Part shown: one piece after another, positions 53,520-64,000 of the stretch
Layout of the letters: the number at the start of each line of letters is the position of its first letter
How positions within the stretch are numbered: position 1 is the stretch's first letter
NCBI RefSeq assembly: GCF_006345805.1
Contig: NC_043005.1
Location: 4,216,001 to 4,280,000, forward strand
Length of the DNA stretch: 64,000 nt
Direction: 5' to 3'
From: Octopus sinensis
Taxonomy: Eukaryota
Position numbers and translations under genes: made by a program
Notes under the pieces: model-generated
The model's database searches: none
The model's input: the letters and a program-made list of their open reading frames with translations, nothing else
Told to the model about the DNA's origin: nothing

Positions 53520-54879
53520 GTAAGTATCCTTTCAGTTCTCTAGAATTGTTCCTGTTTAACCCGTGGTCAGCACCGATGATGCAGATTTACGATTGAGTTC
53601 ATTTTTATCTATGATCATCTTGTCTCTTTGTATATAAAAACTGTTGGATATAATTTGAAGCATATTCAGCTGTTATCTCTAGAAGGTCAAGCAACCATAT
53701 AGAGGCTCACTTGTAAACTCATGAGGTGGGAGGGGAGCCTTTGCAGTGGTGAGATTTAGCAGTGACTTTTCCATACTTGCAAAGAGCTAATGGAATTTGT
53801 TGAGACAGATTTTCTATGGCTGGATGCCTTTCCTGCCACTGACCTTCACTTCTTTCCAAGCAAGATATTTTCCCATAGCTTGGCATATTTTTATGGAAGA
53901 CTGGAAACAAGGGACTGCTTGTATAACAGTGACACTTGTTTACAACTCTCAGGTGATACCCAGTTTCAAAGGCACAAACATACAAACACACACACACACG
54001 TATATTATAATCATTTAATGTTTGTTTCCTTTGCTGGTTTGGGTTGGACAGTTCAAGCGGGACTGGTGACTCGGAAGACTGCACCAAACTCCCGTGTCTT
54101 CTTTAGCAGAGTTTCTGTAGCTGGATTCCTTTCCTTTGGATCCTTTCCTTCTCTGGTGCTGGTGAGATCTCCAAGTAACTCGCTAGAAAAGATTTCCCAA
54201 CTGAGATAGTGACTAGCAATATTGAGGGAAGCGGCTTTATGCTGCTGGATGATGAGAACTGAAGGTACGGATAGAGGGACAGGAATAAGTGTTAGGCTGT
54301 AAGAGAGATGTGTGGTTATCCCAGTTGGAGGAAAGAGAAGATGGTGGTGACAATGTCAAGGCCTAACTTCAAGTGACAGGAAGGTGGATGTGAGGAGAGT
54401 AGCCTGCATTAGTTTGTTCATGGGAGTGTGAAGGAGGATGACATATCTATGTATATATGTGTATAGTGGGCTTCTTTCAGTTTCCGTCTTCCAGATCTAC
54501 TCAGAAGGCTTTGGTTAGCCTAGGGCTATATTAGAAGCACCCATGATGTCATGTGGTCAGGAAACAAACTTCTTAAGCACCCGGCTATGCTTGCACCTAT
54601 AATTAACATAATTAAGTGCAGGCTGTCTGTTTGCAGTGAGGGATTCTCTTCAGCATGTTTAGCCACTTCCTTTGCCATTGAAAGAAAACAGACAAACAAA
54701 ATAGAACAACATGGGAAAAGGTTTATGCAAAGTTAGTTGTTGTTGGGGGTGGTGGTGTTCAAACCACTACCATTTGAATGGTTAAGTAAACCAATGCTGA
54801 TTGGCTGGTTCAGTGCAAGCACATGTGCAATTCTGTTAGTAAAAGATAAAAAATATCTCTGTAATTTGCCTTATCTGCT

Positions 54880-55132
54880 ATTATTATTATTATTTCATTT
54901 ACGCACAACAGATTAGACTGTTGGAAAAAAATTCCTAACATCAGACCACAACTAATGACCTTGGTTGCCAAGCACCTTTCTAACTATCCTAGCTGTCTCC
55001 AATAATATTGTTTTCTGGAGCTGCACTAAACTAGGTTTTATGCTTATTTCCTCTATCCATCTGTTCAAATCTTTTGGGATTGTTCCTAATGCACCTTTAA
55101 CTACAGGGATACATTTCACACACACTTTCCAT
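54880..55132 (-). mobile_element. R4/Dong-clade LINE 3' end inserted in (TAA)n
   Basis: The - strand encodes IPVVKGALGTIPKDL...LQKTILLETARIVRKVLG, the typical R4/Dong C-terminus. A short 3' UTR ends in (TAA)n and the 5' junction also abuts a (TTA)-rich tract. Confidence 0.75.
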
Positions 55133-55159
55133 AACAATAAAAATAACAATAATAATAAT

Positions 55160-55517
55160 AAGCACTCAGAGAGCACAATCCTCTGCCAAGGCAACACCAA
55201 CATCTTCTCAACGATCAGCCGGAGATGATTTTTAAAATGAGAATATCTGAAATAAACTTGACTGCTTTCATAAACAAGAATACTAAAAGTGAACCCAACT
55301 GCTCTCAAAATTTAAGTAAAAAAAAACGGTAAAATAATCCAGAATCCTTGACTGGTACCAGATCAATCCAAAAGCTAACCAGTTTGTGCCAGTCACAAGG
55401 CCAAACATCCCTGAAAGCTTCATCCGAATCCATCCATTGGTTCTTGAGATATCTTGTCCATGGACAAACAAACAAGCATGACTGAAAACAATGCCTTCGC
55501 TTGGGTGGAGGTAATAA
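55160..55517 (-). mobile_element. HINE-like element, second copy
   Basis: Colinear with 46792-47150 and ends ...gggtggaggtaataat. Confidence 0.6.
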
Positions 55518-56884
55518 TCTGAAATTAAAGCTGTACATTGGTGAGGTGTGGAATTTGGTGGGTGTCAGAATAAACAGAAATAAGTATAATGTGTGTTGGC
55601 GGTGGAACAATTAGCTACTGCTTCCTTCTGTCATCTTCATCATTGTTTCAACACCAACTTTTCCATGCTTGCATAGAAGACTGGAAATAATCTCAGTCAC
55701 TTGTCTGGTGCTGACACTTGTTTCCTATTTTTGGCTGATGTCAAGGCAAGGAGACATGTGCACGTGTGTACACATCATCATCATCATTGTAATACCCACT
55801 TTACCTTGCTTGCATGAGCCAGATGGAATTCATTGAGGCAGATTTTCTGTGGCCAGATACCCTTCAGGTTTCCTTGGTACATTTTGTTGTAGCTTCAGTA
55901 CTCGAGGGTTTATCAAATCCTCAAGACAAGTCTAAGAGTTTATTATTTACATTTGACAGATATTTGTCCCCCTCTTGCTCAGATAACTAAGTCCTTCAGT
56001 GTTTATTGGATGTTTGGCACCAGCACTATTGAGGTTGCCTTGTACACAGCAAGGCAAAAGGCTTCACTACTCTGTTCACTCTAACACTACCAATAGAGTG
56101 AGCGAGTATAAGGGAGGATGCTCATAGACAATGAAGTTGGGCAAGGAAGGAAAAGTGAAAGTATGATAAAGGAAACAATAGTGGCAGTATGTCATATGGA
56201 GAGAGAGAGAGATCAAATGGCAGGAGGTAATTATATATTTGCTGGCTGGTTAGTGTGATGGGTGCAAATTGTGACCTAAGGGAGAGAGAGACTGGTGGCT
56301 GGTAGTACAGATGGTTAATGTTAGATAGTAGGAGAAAGTGTGAGTGATGAATAATGTGTGTGTCTGTCTATATTTCACTCATGTACAATTGCAAAGAATG
56401 TAAGCCTCATAAAAAAAAAAAGGTTACTTGAATAAAACCTAATGATTTACAGCCCCTCACAGTGAACCAGTGATTAGCCTATTCTAAACTTCCAACCAAC
56501 AAAATCGTGGTTCACAAATTGCTACATAAAATAAATCATTTCTTTTGTAAGCCACAAAGTGATTCCAATTCCCAGCTTTAACTATCTGTTTCATTTATAT
56601 TTACATTGCTAATGTTCTTGGTTAAGGTATAAACATGGAATAAACTTTTATCTCCTCTATTATAAGACCGAGGTGTTGTGATTGTATAAGACTGCTGTTA
56701 TTTTATGAGATTAGAAGCTGGTAGAAAGTTGGAGCCTAAAGAATGATAGTAAATCTCCATTCAGTAATTTAGTCATGTTTCTCTATGATTTAAACTGATA
56801 CTACAAATAAATACCTGTTATATACTGGGCTTGGTTCGGCTGACTATATTCGCTCCCATGCAAATTTTTCTAACTCTGAGCTGA

Positions 56885-57530
56885 GTATAGAAAATAATAC
56901 TTTCTACTACAGGCACAAGGTCTGAAATTTTAGGGTAGGGATAAATCGATTGCATTGACCCCAGTGTGCAACTGGTACTTATTTATCAATCCTGAAAAGA
57001 TGAAAGGTAAAGTCAGCCTAGGTGGTATTTGAACTCAAAACATAAAGATAGTGAAATGCCACTCAGCATTTTGCCTGGCATGCTCATGATTCTGTCAGCT
57101 TGTCTCCTAGAAATCATAATAATCCTTTTTACTATTGATGTAAGGCCTAACATTTTGTGGGAGGGGCCTAATCAGTTACATCAACCCAGTGTGCAACTGG
57201 TACTTAATTTATCGGCCCTGAAAAAATAAATGGCAAATTTGGCCTTGCAGCATTTGAACTCAGAACGTAAAGGCACAAAATTTTAAGCATTTTGTCTGAT
57301 GTGCTAATGAGTCTACCAGCTTGTTACCTTAGATGATGATGATGATAATTTCAAATTTTGGCACTAGGCCAGCAATTTAGGGGGAGGAGGTAAGTCGATC
57401 ATATCAACCCCACTGTTTAACTAGTACTTGTTTTGACCCCAAAAAGGATGAAAGGTAAAGTTGATCTCGGCTGAATTTGAACTCCAAATATAAAGGTGGA
57501 CGAAATGGTGCTAAGCATTTTGCCACTCAG
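56885..57530 (-). mobile_element. Three tandem copies of SINE family 2
   Basis: The unit aaggcctaa/aaattt..gggg..atcga...accccagtg..caactggtactta...gaaaggtaaag...atttgaactc occurs three times head-to-tail. Confidence 0.8.
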
Positions 57531-59122
57531 GTGTACTACAACTCATCAGAAAAGGGTAAAAGGAAGAAACAAACAGCAGCAATGAATAAAGACAGCAAGG
57601 ATAACTGAAATTGCATAGACATAGGATGCAGGACGAAACACAAAGAGAGAGAAAAGGGAACTATAATAAAAGCCATATTATCACCTCCTATTGAAGGGGA
57701 CTGTAATGTGTCCATGTTTTACTTAAGACCATTTCTATTTTTAGAATGACATTGTAAGGTAGGTATAAGAGGCCAGATCTAGTCAGTCTGAAAAGAACCA
57801 TGTAGAATATTTGGGCCAAATATGATCAGTTGAAATGCTAAAGGGTTAAACTAGGTGAATGGTTAAGTCTACCACCCAGGTAGGCCATGGAGGGATTTGA
57901 ACTATGAATGCAACGAACCAGGGTAAATACCACACAGGATCTTGCCTAATCCTAATCCTCCTTATTAGATTAACACTTTGTTACTGACCTTGAAAGAATA
58001 AAAAGCAAAGTTGACCTTAGTGGGATTTGAACTTGGAGCAGAGTGAGTCTGAACAGATACAGAGAAGCAGTCTGATGCTCTACCAACTCTGCCAAAAAGG
58101 ACAGGGTGGTCATTGTTAAAACACTTTTGATCATAGAGCTACTTAAGAAGGACTGAACTGGGTCAAAACAACAAATTTCTATACTTTGGAAATTTTTAGG
58201 TTTATCTTGGAATTAATTAGAAGCAACGTAATGGGATATTTTAAGCTGAAAACCTGATGATGGGGAGTTAGATTTTCCTAACAGATATGGTGTGTGAACA
58301 TGTGTAGTTGTTAATAAGCTTGTTTAGCAAATTCGTGGTTTTGGGTTCAGTCCTACTGTATGGCATCTTGGGCAAGTGTCCTCTACTGGGCCAACCAGTG
58401 CCTTATGAATGAATTTAATTTGGTAGATAGAAACTGTGTGGAAGCCCTTTGTGTGTATGTCTGTCTGTCTGTGTTTGTCTCCCACCACCATTTAACAACT
58501 GGTGTTGGTTTGTTTACATCCTTGTGACTTAGCAGTTTGGCAAAAGAGACCAATAGAATCATTACCAGATTGAATAATAAACCCTTCAAGGTGGTGCTCC
58601 AGCATGGCCACAGTCCAATGACTGAAGCAGGTTTTATTTCTTTAGGAGTGGAATGAGTAACAGGGGAGCAGCTAAGACAGCAGAACACTTTACAGTCTTT
58701 AGTTTCATCCTGCCAAGGTTAACTTTGCCTTTCCATCTCTCTGGGGTTTGCAAATCCCTTTTGTTAGACACAATCCAACTGCTTCCTCTTATCCCTCTTT
58801 CTTGACACAACAGTTTTGAGTCTATTTAAATGAAATTATGTGGACCCTTGCACAATAACGAATCCTCAATTTATAAGTTGACTTTTGACCGTTGTTTGTA
58901 AGTTGGTAAACTAGATAACTGTAATACACTCGGGTTGACTCAACTGTCTCCAACCAAAGGCTAAACCCGTCTCAAAGTCAAATGAAAGAATTCACTTCCA
59001 TTCCACTTTAATTTATTTTATGCTTTATTAAATTTTTCTGAGTTGTCTCCCTTTCTTGTTTCTCATTACTGTTCTTTCATTGATTAACACTTATCTGTAT
59101 AATATATATATATATATTATAT

Positions 59123-59164
<42 letters not shown>

Positions 59165-59220
59165 ATATTGTATGTATGTTATATATGAAGTATTTAAAAT
59201 CTTTTTTTTTTTACCCACAG

Positions 59221-59298
59221 CCGAGAGAAAGAGGACACATGCGTTTTCACAAAATGCAAAATGTTCAGATATCACTGGATTTTTTACGGTACAAAGGG
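59221..59298 (+). CDS. shot: Spectraplakin exon, CH1 domain C-terminal part: PRERGHMRFHKMQNVQISLDFLRYKG
   Basis: Acceptor tttttttttacccacag|C and donor GGG|gtaagt. 78 nt, phase 0/0. Matches the PREKG.MRFH..QNVQ..LDFLRY motif that follows the previous exon in Shot/DST/MACF1/plectin. Confidence 0.95.
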
Positions 59299-60221
59299 GT
59301 AAGTTGGCAGTCAATCTATTTCTGGAATTAAACTTTGCATACCACCTAGCAGTTTTTTTGGGCTTGTTTGTTTTTGTTTTCGTTAATTTAGGGGGATTTA
59401 AAAAAATACTTTTCTATTTAATCTAAATTCCTTTGGCAGTAAACATTTAGGGACTTCAGAAAGAGAGAGTGTGTGTTTGTGCAAAATATAGCACATGTCT
59501 GTGATTAAGAATTTCACTTCATCAGAAGGTTCTTGATTTGATTGTACAAAATGGTGCCTTGAGTAGATATCTTCTACCTTTTTACTCTTGTCTTGGATTG
59601 AACCCAAACCTTGTGAGTTGAATTGGGTTGATGTAAAGCGTGTGGAAGCCTCTTCTGACAGGTTGTACCTCTGAGTCTAAGAACCAGATTTGTTATCTAA
59701 TGTGTTATGCTAAATTTCTTTAATCTTTTTCTTACCATATTTCAGTTGAAAGACTCTACCTTTGTTTCAAATAATTATTGAAAATAATAAAGAATTTTGG
59801 TTAAATAAATTTGTGATTGTTAAAAAGGTGTTTGAAACCTAAATTAACATGAAATTTTGATGGAAGATTTTAATTTACATTACTCCAAAAGAGGAATCTT
59901 GCTTAATAGAGCTGAGTCTGGCCTCGGGTCAGTGCTGGATTAACCCAATAAGCAAAATAAGCACGTGCTTAGGGCATCATATGCAACTTTTTACATAATT
60001 CAACCTCCACAAGTGAATGTTTGAAACAGAAAATAAGAATTTCAAAAGAAGTCTCTAGAAAACTAGTTTTTAAATATCAAGTCCACCAGAATGAAATTGG
60101 AATCCCAGGGGTCCATAGATAAGAAAGGGTTGAAAACCACTGAATTAATCCATAGACAGGTATTATTGGCCCAGGTCAGAATGGACCTGAGAGTGATGGT
60201 AATTAAGGGGTGACAAGGGGG

Positions 60222-60450
60222 TGATCTGGCAGAATTGTTAGCACGCCGGGTGAAATGCTTAGCAGTATTTTGCTTGCAGTTATGCTCTGAGTTCAAATTC
60301 TGCTGAGGTCGACTTTGCCTTTCATCCTTTCGGGGTCGATTAAATAAGTACCAGTTACGCACTGGGGTCGATATAATCGACTTAATCCATTTGTCTGTTC
60401 TTGTTTGTCCTCTCTGTGTTTAGCCCCTTGTGGGTAGTAAAGAAATAAGG
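60222..60450 (+). mobile_element. tRNA-derived SINE family 2 (MetaSINE-like central domain); representative. Others at 17412-17630+, 27060-27540+ (x2), 28040-28270-, 30440-30630-, 47150-47680- (x2), 61310-61460+
   Basis: ctggcagaa..gttagc...gagttcaaattc head, then gtcgactttgcctttcatcctttcggggtcgat.aaataagtaccag. The Meta-domain resemblance is from memory of the motif, not a search. Confidence 0.85.
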
Positions 60451-61077
60451 TAATTATGGGGTGACTTCATGCTCTCCAGAACTGGAGTGTCATACCCAGG
60501 GCATGTTGATGCAAAGGGCCAGATAGTTCAGAAGTTTGCTTTGCAACCCAGTTCTGCTTCCTGATAACCTCACGCATAGTCTACACTCTGTTGCCCTCCC
60601 TGTCTCTTCTTTTCTCCTCCCCCCTTATATTTACCTTCCTTCCTTTTTCTCTCACTCACCTCTTCTTGTCTCTTCTTTCTCCCTCCCTCCCTCTTTGTAT
60701 CCATATTCATTTAGTCTCTCTCTCTCTCTTTCTCTCCCCTTCATCCTTTACTTTCCTCTCTTCCCCTCTTATATGCATGATGTTCTTTTAACCTCTTTGT
60801 TTGTTTTCTCTGTAATTACACACTACGTACTTAATATATTATTGCACTGCATACACGCACACACCCATACACGTGTATATGCAGGCTTATGTACATACAT
60901 GCATATTCACATGTATGTATACAGTGAAATAGTGTGTATGTGTATACCTTACAGCCTTTTTCTTTCGACACAACAAATTATTTGTCTGCATGACAACATA
61001 TATATATATACACACCTCTGAAGCACAATAGAAACAATTAACATTGTGTGTATACTAGCATGTATGTGTGTGTATAT

Positions 61078-61108
<31 letters not shown>

Positions 61109-62117
61109 CACACACATACATACATACATACATACATAAGCTGAAGCAGTGTTGGATCATATATTAATTACATATGTCAGTGTATATATTATTTGTACAT
61201 AAATTAGTATGTATATCAGTAGAAACAACAATATGTGCATACCTAGGTGTATATTAGTATACATATGCCAGTGTGTATGTTATTACTCGCATCTGTGTGT
61301 ATATTACATACATTGGTGTGTATATCTTTTGCCGAATTTTTGTCATTCGGCCTTTCGGGACTGATAAGTTCCACCTGTGCATTGGAGTTGATGTAATTGA
61401 CTTACCCGCTACCCCCGTAATTGCCGGCCTTGTGCTAAAATTTGAAATTAATATTAGCATATACATCAGTATATATGTTTATGTGTATATTATGTAGGTA
61501 CTTGTATGAGTGTGTATATTATTGATGAGTCATCGAACCCAACACACCTTTGATGAGTCATACAGGTAATGCCTTTTCCCCCCTCACACGTGATGCTAGT
61601 TGCAAAGGTCAGAATCGATGCAAGGAAGAATAACCTGTCATCACCTGCAACAGTTGGCATCAAGTCTCAGCACACTGACAAATGGTGAAATGTCTGTGGC
61701 TGATTCCACTGATACTGCTTTATTAATCTTTGACTCTTCTGTTTGTTTGTTCATTCTAGGAAATGGTAAATAATTTGTGCTGACATCTAAATTCACCTTT
61801 AGAAATTTCCTTATACCCCCCCCCCACTCTCCCTCTTACTATGTCTATGTGTGTGTGAGAATAGTGAAATAATTTATGTATCTAGAGAGAAAAGTAGAAA
61901 GAGAGCCTACAAAAGCAATACTTACATAAGCACACACTCATTTTTCACTGCATTCACATGAACATGCATGTATATACATATATAAGTTCAGCAAAGATTT
62001 AGATTCAGTTGAATATGGTACTTAGGTTAAAGGCACCAGAATTTAGAATGGTATTATCCATATAATTCAAAATGGGGTGATTATAATCAAAATAAGCAAC
62101 AATCATATCCAGAGGTA

Positions 62118-62208
62118 ATGCAGTACGATCGTTTCATGCAACTCCATTTAATTGAACAATGCAAGTATTACATCAGTTTTTCAAATGTAGAGCAATCTTC
62201 AGCTGCAT
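62118..62208 (-). ncRNA. Type I hammerhead ribozyme motif (family A), inverted partner copy
   Basis: The - strand reads ATGCAG-CTGAAGA-[helix II]-GAAA-CGATCG-T-A-CTGCAT. Helix III is the perfect palindrome ACGATCGT, typical of dimer-acting minimal hammerheads. Confidence 0.72.
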
Positions 62209-62373
62209 AAAAATATAGAATTTAGTTAAATTGAAAAGATTCATTTTTACTCTTTATTCCATTTTGTTGATGAAACTTGTTTCTCTGTCTACCTGCTTAC
62301 CCTCTTTGTGATGTTGGTTAATGGAATAACTATAAAAATAAATCTTTTAAATTTGACTAAATTCTATATTTTT

Positions 62374-62463
62374 ATGCAGCTGAAGATTGCTCTACATTTT
62401 AAAACTGATGTTATACTTGCATTGTTCAATTAAATGGAGTTGCATGAAATGATCGTACTGCAT
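62374..62463 (+). ncRNA. Type I hammerhead ribozyme motif (family A)
   Basis: ATGCAG-CTGAAGA-[helix II, TGC/GCA ... CATTT/AAATG]-GAAA-TGATCG-T-A-CTGCAT. Helix I ATGCAG/CTGCAT is perfect, the core CUGANGA/GAAA is intact, and the GUA cleavage triplet ends at 62457. Confidence 0.7.
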
Positions 62464-62759
62464 TACCTCTGGATATGATAGTTGCTTATTTTGATTATAT
62501 ATATATATACACACACACACACGTGTGTGTGTGTATGTATATGTGTGTCTTCACAAACCTATTCTGGTGTTATATTTTGAATCTAAGTCTTCCCTCCAGC
62601 ACTATTCTCGATTTCATATTTCTCCTTTTCACCAGTGACTCTTCTAAGAGAAAATGCTGTGCTGATAGTAACAACAATGAGAAACTTTAGATTTAACTGA
62701 ATGAATAAACTCTCTTGGATGCATTGCATTCTCTTTATTTTCTCCATTTATAAATTATT

Positions 62760-64000
62760 TATTTATCTATATGGAAAGTAATGAATGATAGGTGAAATAA
62801 ATAGTTTGTTCCTTGGGGAAAGTGATGTTATTTCCCGTCGGCATGTTTATGACTTTCAAGCCATTTTCGGTCTTCCTGCTTCAGCCATATATAGAAGCTG
62901 ACCTTTTCGACCGCCTCCTGTACTCTCCTTATTAGTTTTCTCAGCTCTGAGCAAGAAAAAACAAATCTTATTTTGAATAGCGTTGTCATTTTTCTTTCAA
63001 TGAAGCCCGTAGCCCCCACTGCCAGGTGATAATACTCAACATTCCATCCCTGTTCTCTGCACTCTTCGATTAGTTTTTCGTACCTCTTCTCCTTTTGTTT
63101 ATCTGCATTGTCAATGTTCTCTTCCCATGGCACTGTCAGTTCTAGCAAAATTCCTATTCTCCATTCTCTGTCCCATAGAACTAAATATGGTCTTTTTGTT
63201 GTTTTTACTAGTGGAAATACTACTTGTCTTTCCAAGTCCGTGGCCACCTCCCAGTATCCCTTCCATCTTTTGTCTATCTCGTATACTTTACTTGTAGGCC
63301 CGGTTTTATATCCTTTTCCCTCCTTGTGGAAGTATACTTTCCTGCGCTTTTCCACTTTTGGGTACTCTCCCCTATTGTACCTCTCGATCTTCTCCTTGAG
63401 TGCTGCGCTTATGACTCCAAGGACTTGATTATGCCGCCATGTATATCTTTCAAGTTCTAGTCTGCAACTTGACAGAACATGTCTAACTGTCGCTTTTTCT
63501 CTGCATCTACACTCATCCGTTGTTTTTATGTTCCACCACACCACAACTACAGATGCTGCAGCTCAGAGGATTCAAATGAGAACAGTTAATGGACCACATG
63601 ATGTGTGTGGTGGTGGTGGTGGTGGTGGATCACATGATTTCATGGTTGTCTCAGACTTTGCTGGGTTTGAACAATCCTTCCTCGTTGTGTTAGTGAACTC
63701 TGCAACACAGGTTGCTCAACAGTGGTCCTTCATCAACCTGTTGGGGTTGTTGATAATATCTTGGACATCCTGGAAAAAATGAGGTCTGCTGAAGATGTTT
63801 GACTATAGATAATGTCTCTGTCTTGGTTATGAATGACATATCCCTACTAGAAATCTCTGGCCCTTTTCCTAAATCACAACAATATGGACCCAACCTCATT
63901 CAAAAAGCGAGTAATCCTAGTTGATGGCTAGAGCCATGAGTATAGTTTTCCTTTGCACTCCCTGTGTCAGACTGGAACCTGCAATGTTGATGTCAATACA
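62760..64000 (-). mobile_element. Non-LTR retrotransposon with restriction-like endonuclease, HERO/NeSL-like; 3' part
   Basis: The 238-aa ORF 62828-63544 has a CCHC knuckle (CRC..HVLSSC), RYTWRHNQVL, RPYLVLW (canonical RPD), ELTVPWEE, K.KRYEKL, VGATGF and SFYIWLK. Upstream sequence is degenerate and runs off the window. Confidence 0.85.

Larger units (their letters stand above)
61986..62499. mobile_element. Penelope-like (PLE)-derived non-autonomous element with ~180-bp inverted arms, each carrying a hammerhead
   Basis: Arms 62082-62263 and 62320-62499 are reverse complements with few mismatches. Flanked by (TA/CA)n. The 5' part agattcagttgaat...tggtattatc is shared with the 23750 element. 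PLE assignment is inferred from the hammerhead type and inverted layout; no PLE ORF seen. Confidence 0.55.

Overview
This is AT-rich, microsatellite-dense animal genomic DNA. The SINE/LINE/MITE families look cephalopod (Octopus-like), which is an inference from repeat motifs, not a database result. The only firmly supported host gene is a spectraplakin (shot / dystonin / MACF1 family) on the + strand. It is represented by two phase-0 exons of the first calponin-homology domain: 53430-53519 ([30 protein letters not shown]) and 59221-59298 (PRERGHMRFHKMQNVQISLDFLRYKG). I did not find the preceding ...KKTFTKW... exon or the following ...DGNPKLTLGLIW... exon, so nearly the whole window is probably intronic, including a >53 kb intron inside CH1. 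The introns hold three tRNA-derived SINE families, RTE, CR1-like, R4/Dong-like and HERO-like LINE pieces, TTAA (piggyBac-type) MITEs, and Helitron/Helentron-type elements. The most notable observation is five type I hammerhead ribozyme motifs of the minimal, palindromic-helix-III (Penelope-like) kind. Four of them sit in two independent back-to-back inverted repeats (23.5-23.7 kb and 62.1-62.5 kb), where each ribozyme is paired with its own antisense. Also noted: a ~135-bp-arm foldback, a candidate recursive splice site, candidate alternative exons inside the giant intron, and a PHD-like zinc finger embedded in an RTE reverse transcriptase. Most ORFs in the supplied track are microsatellite artefacts. 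Repeat boundaries are approximate, read by eye.
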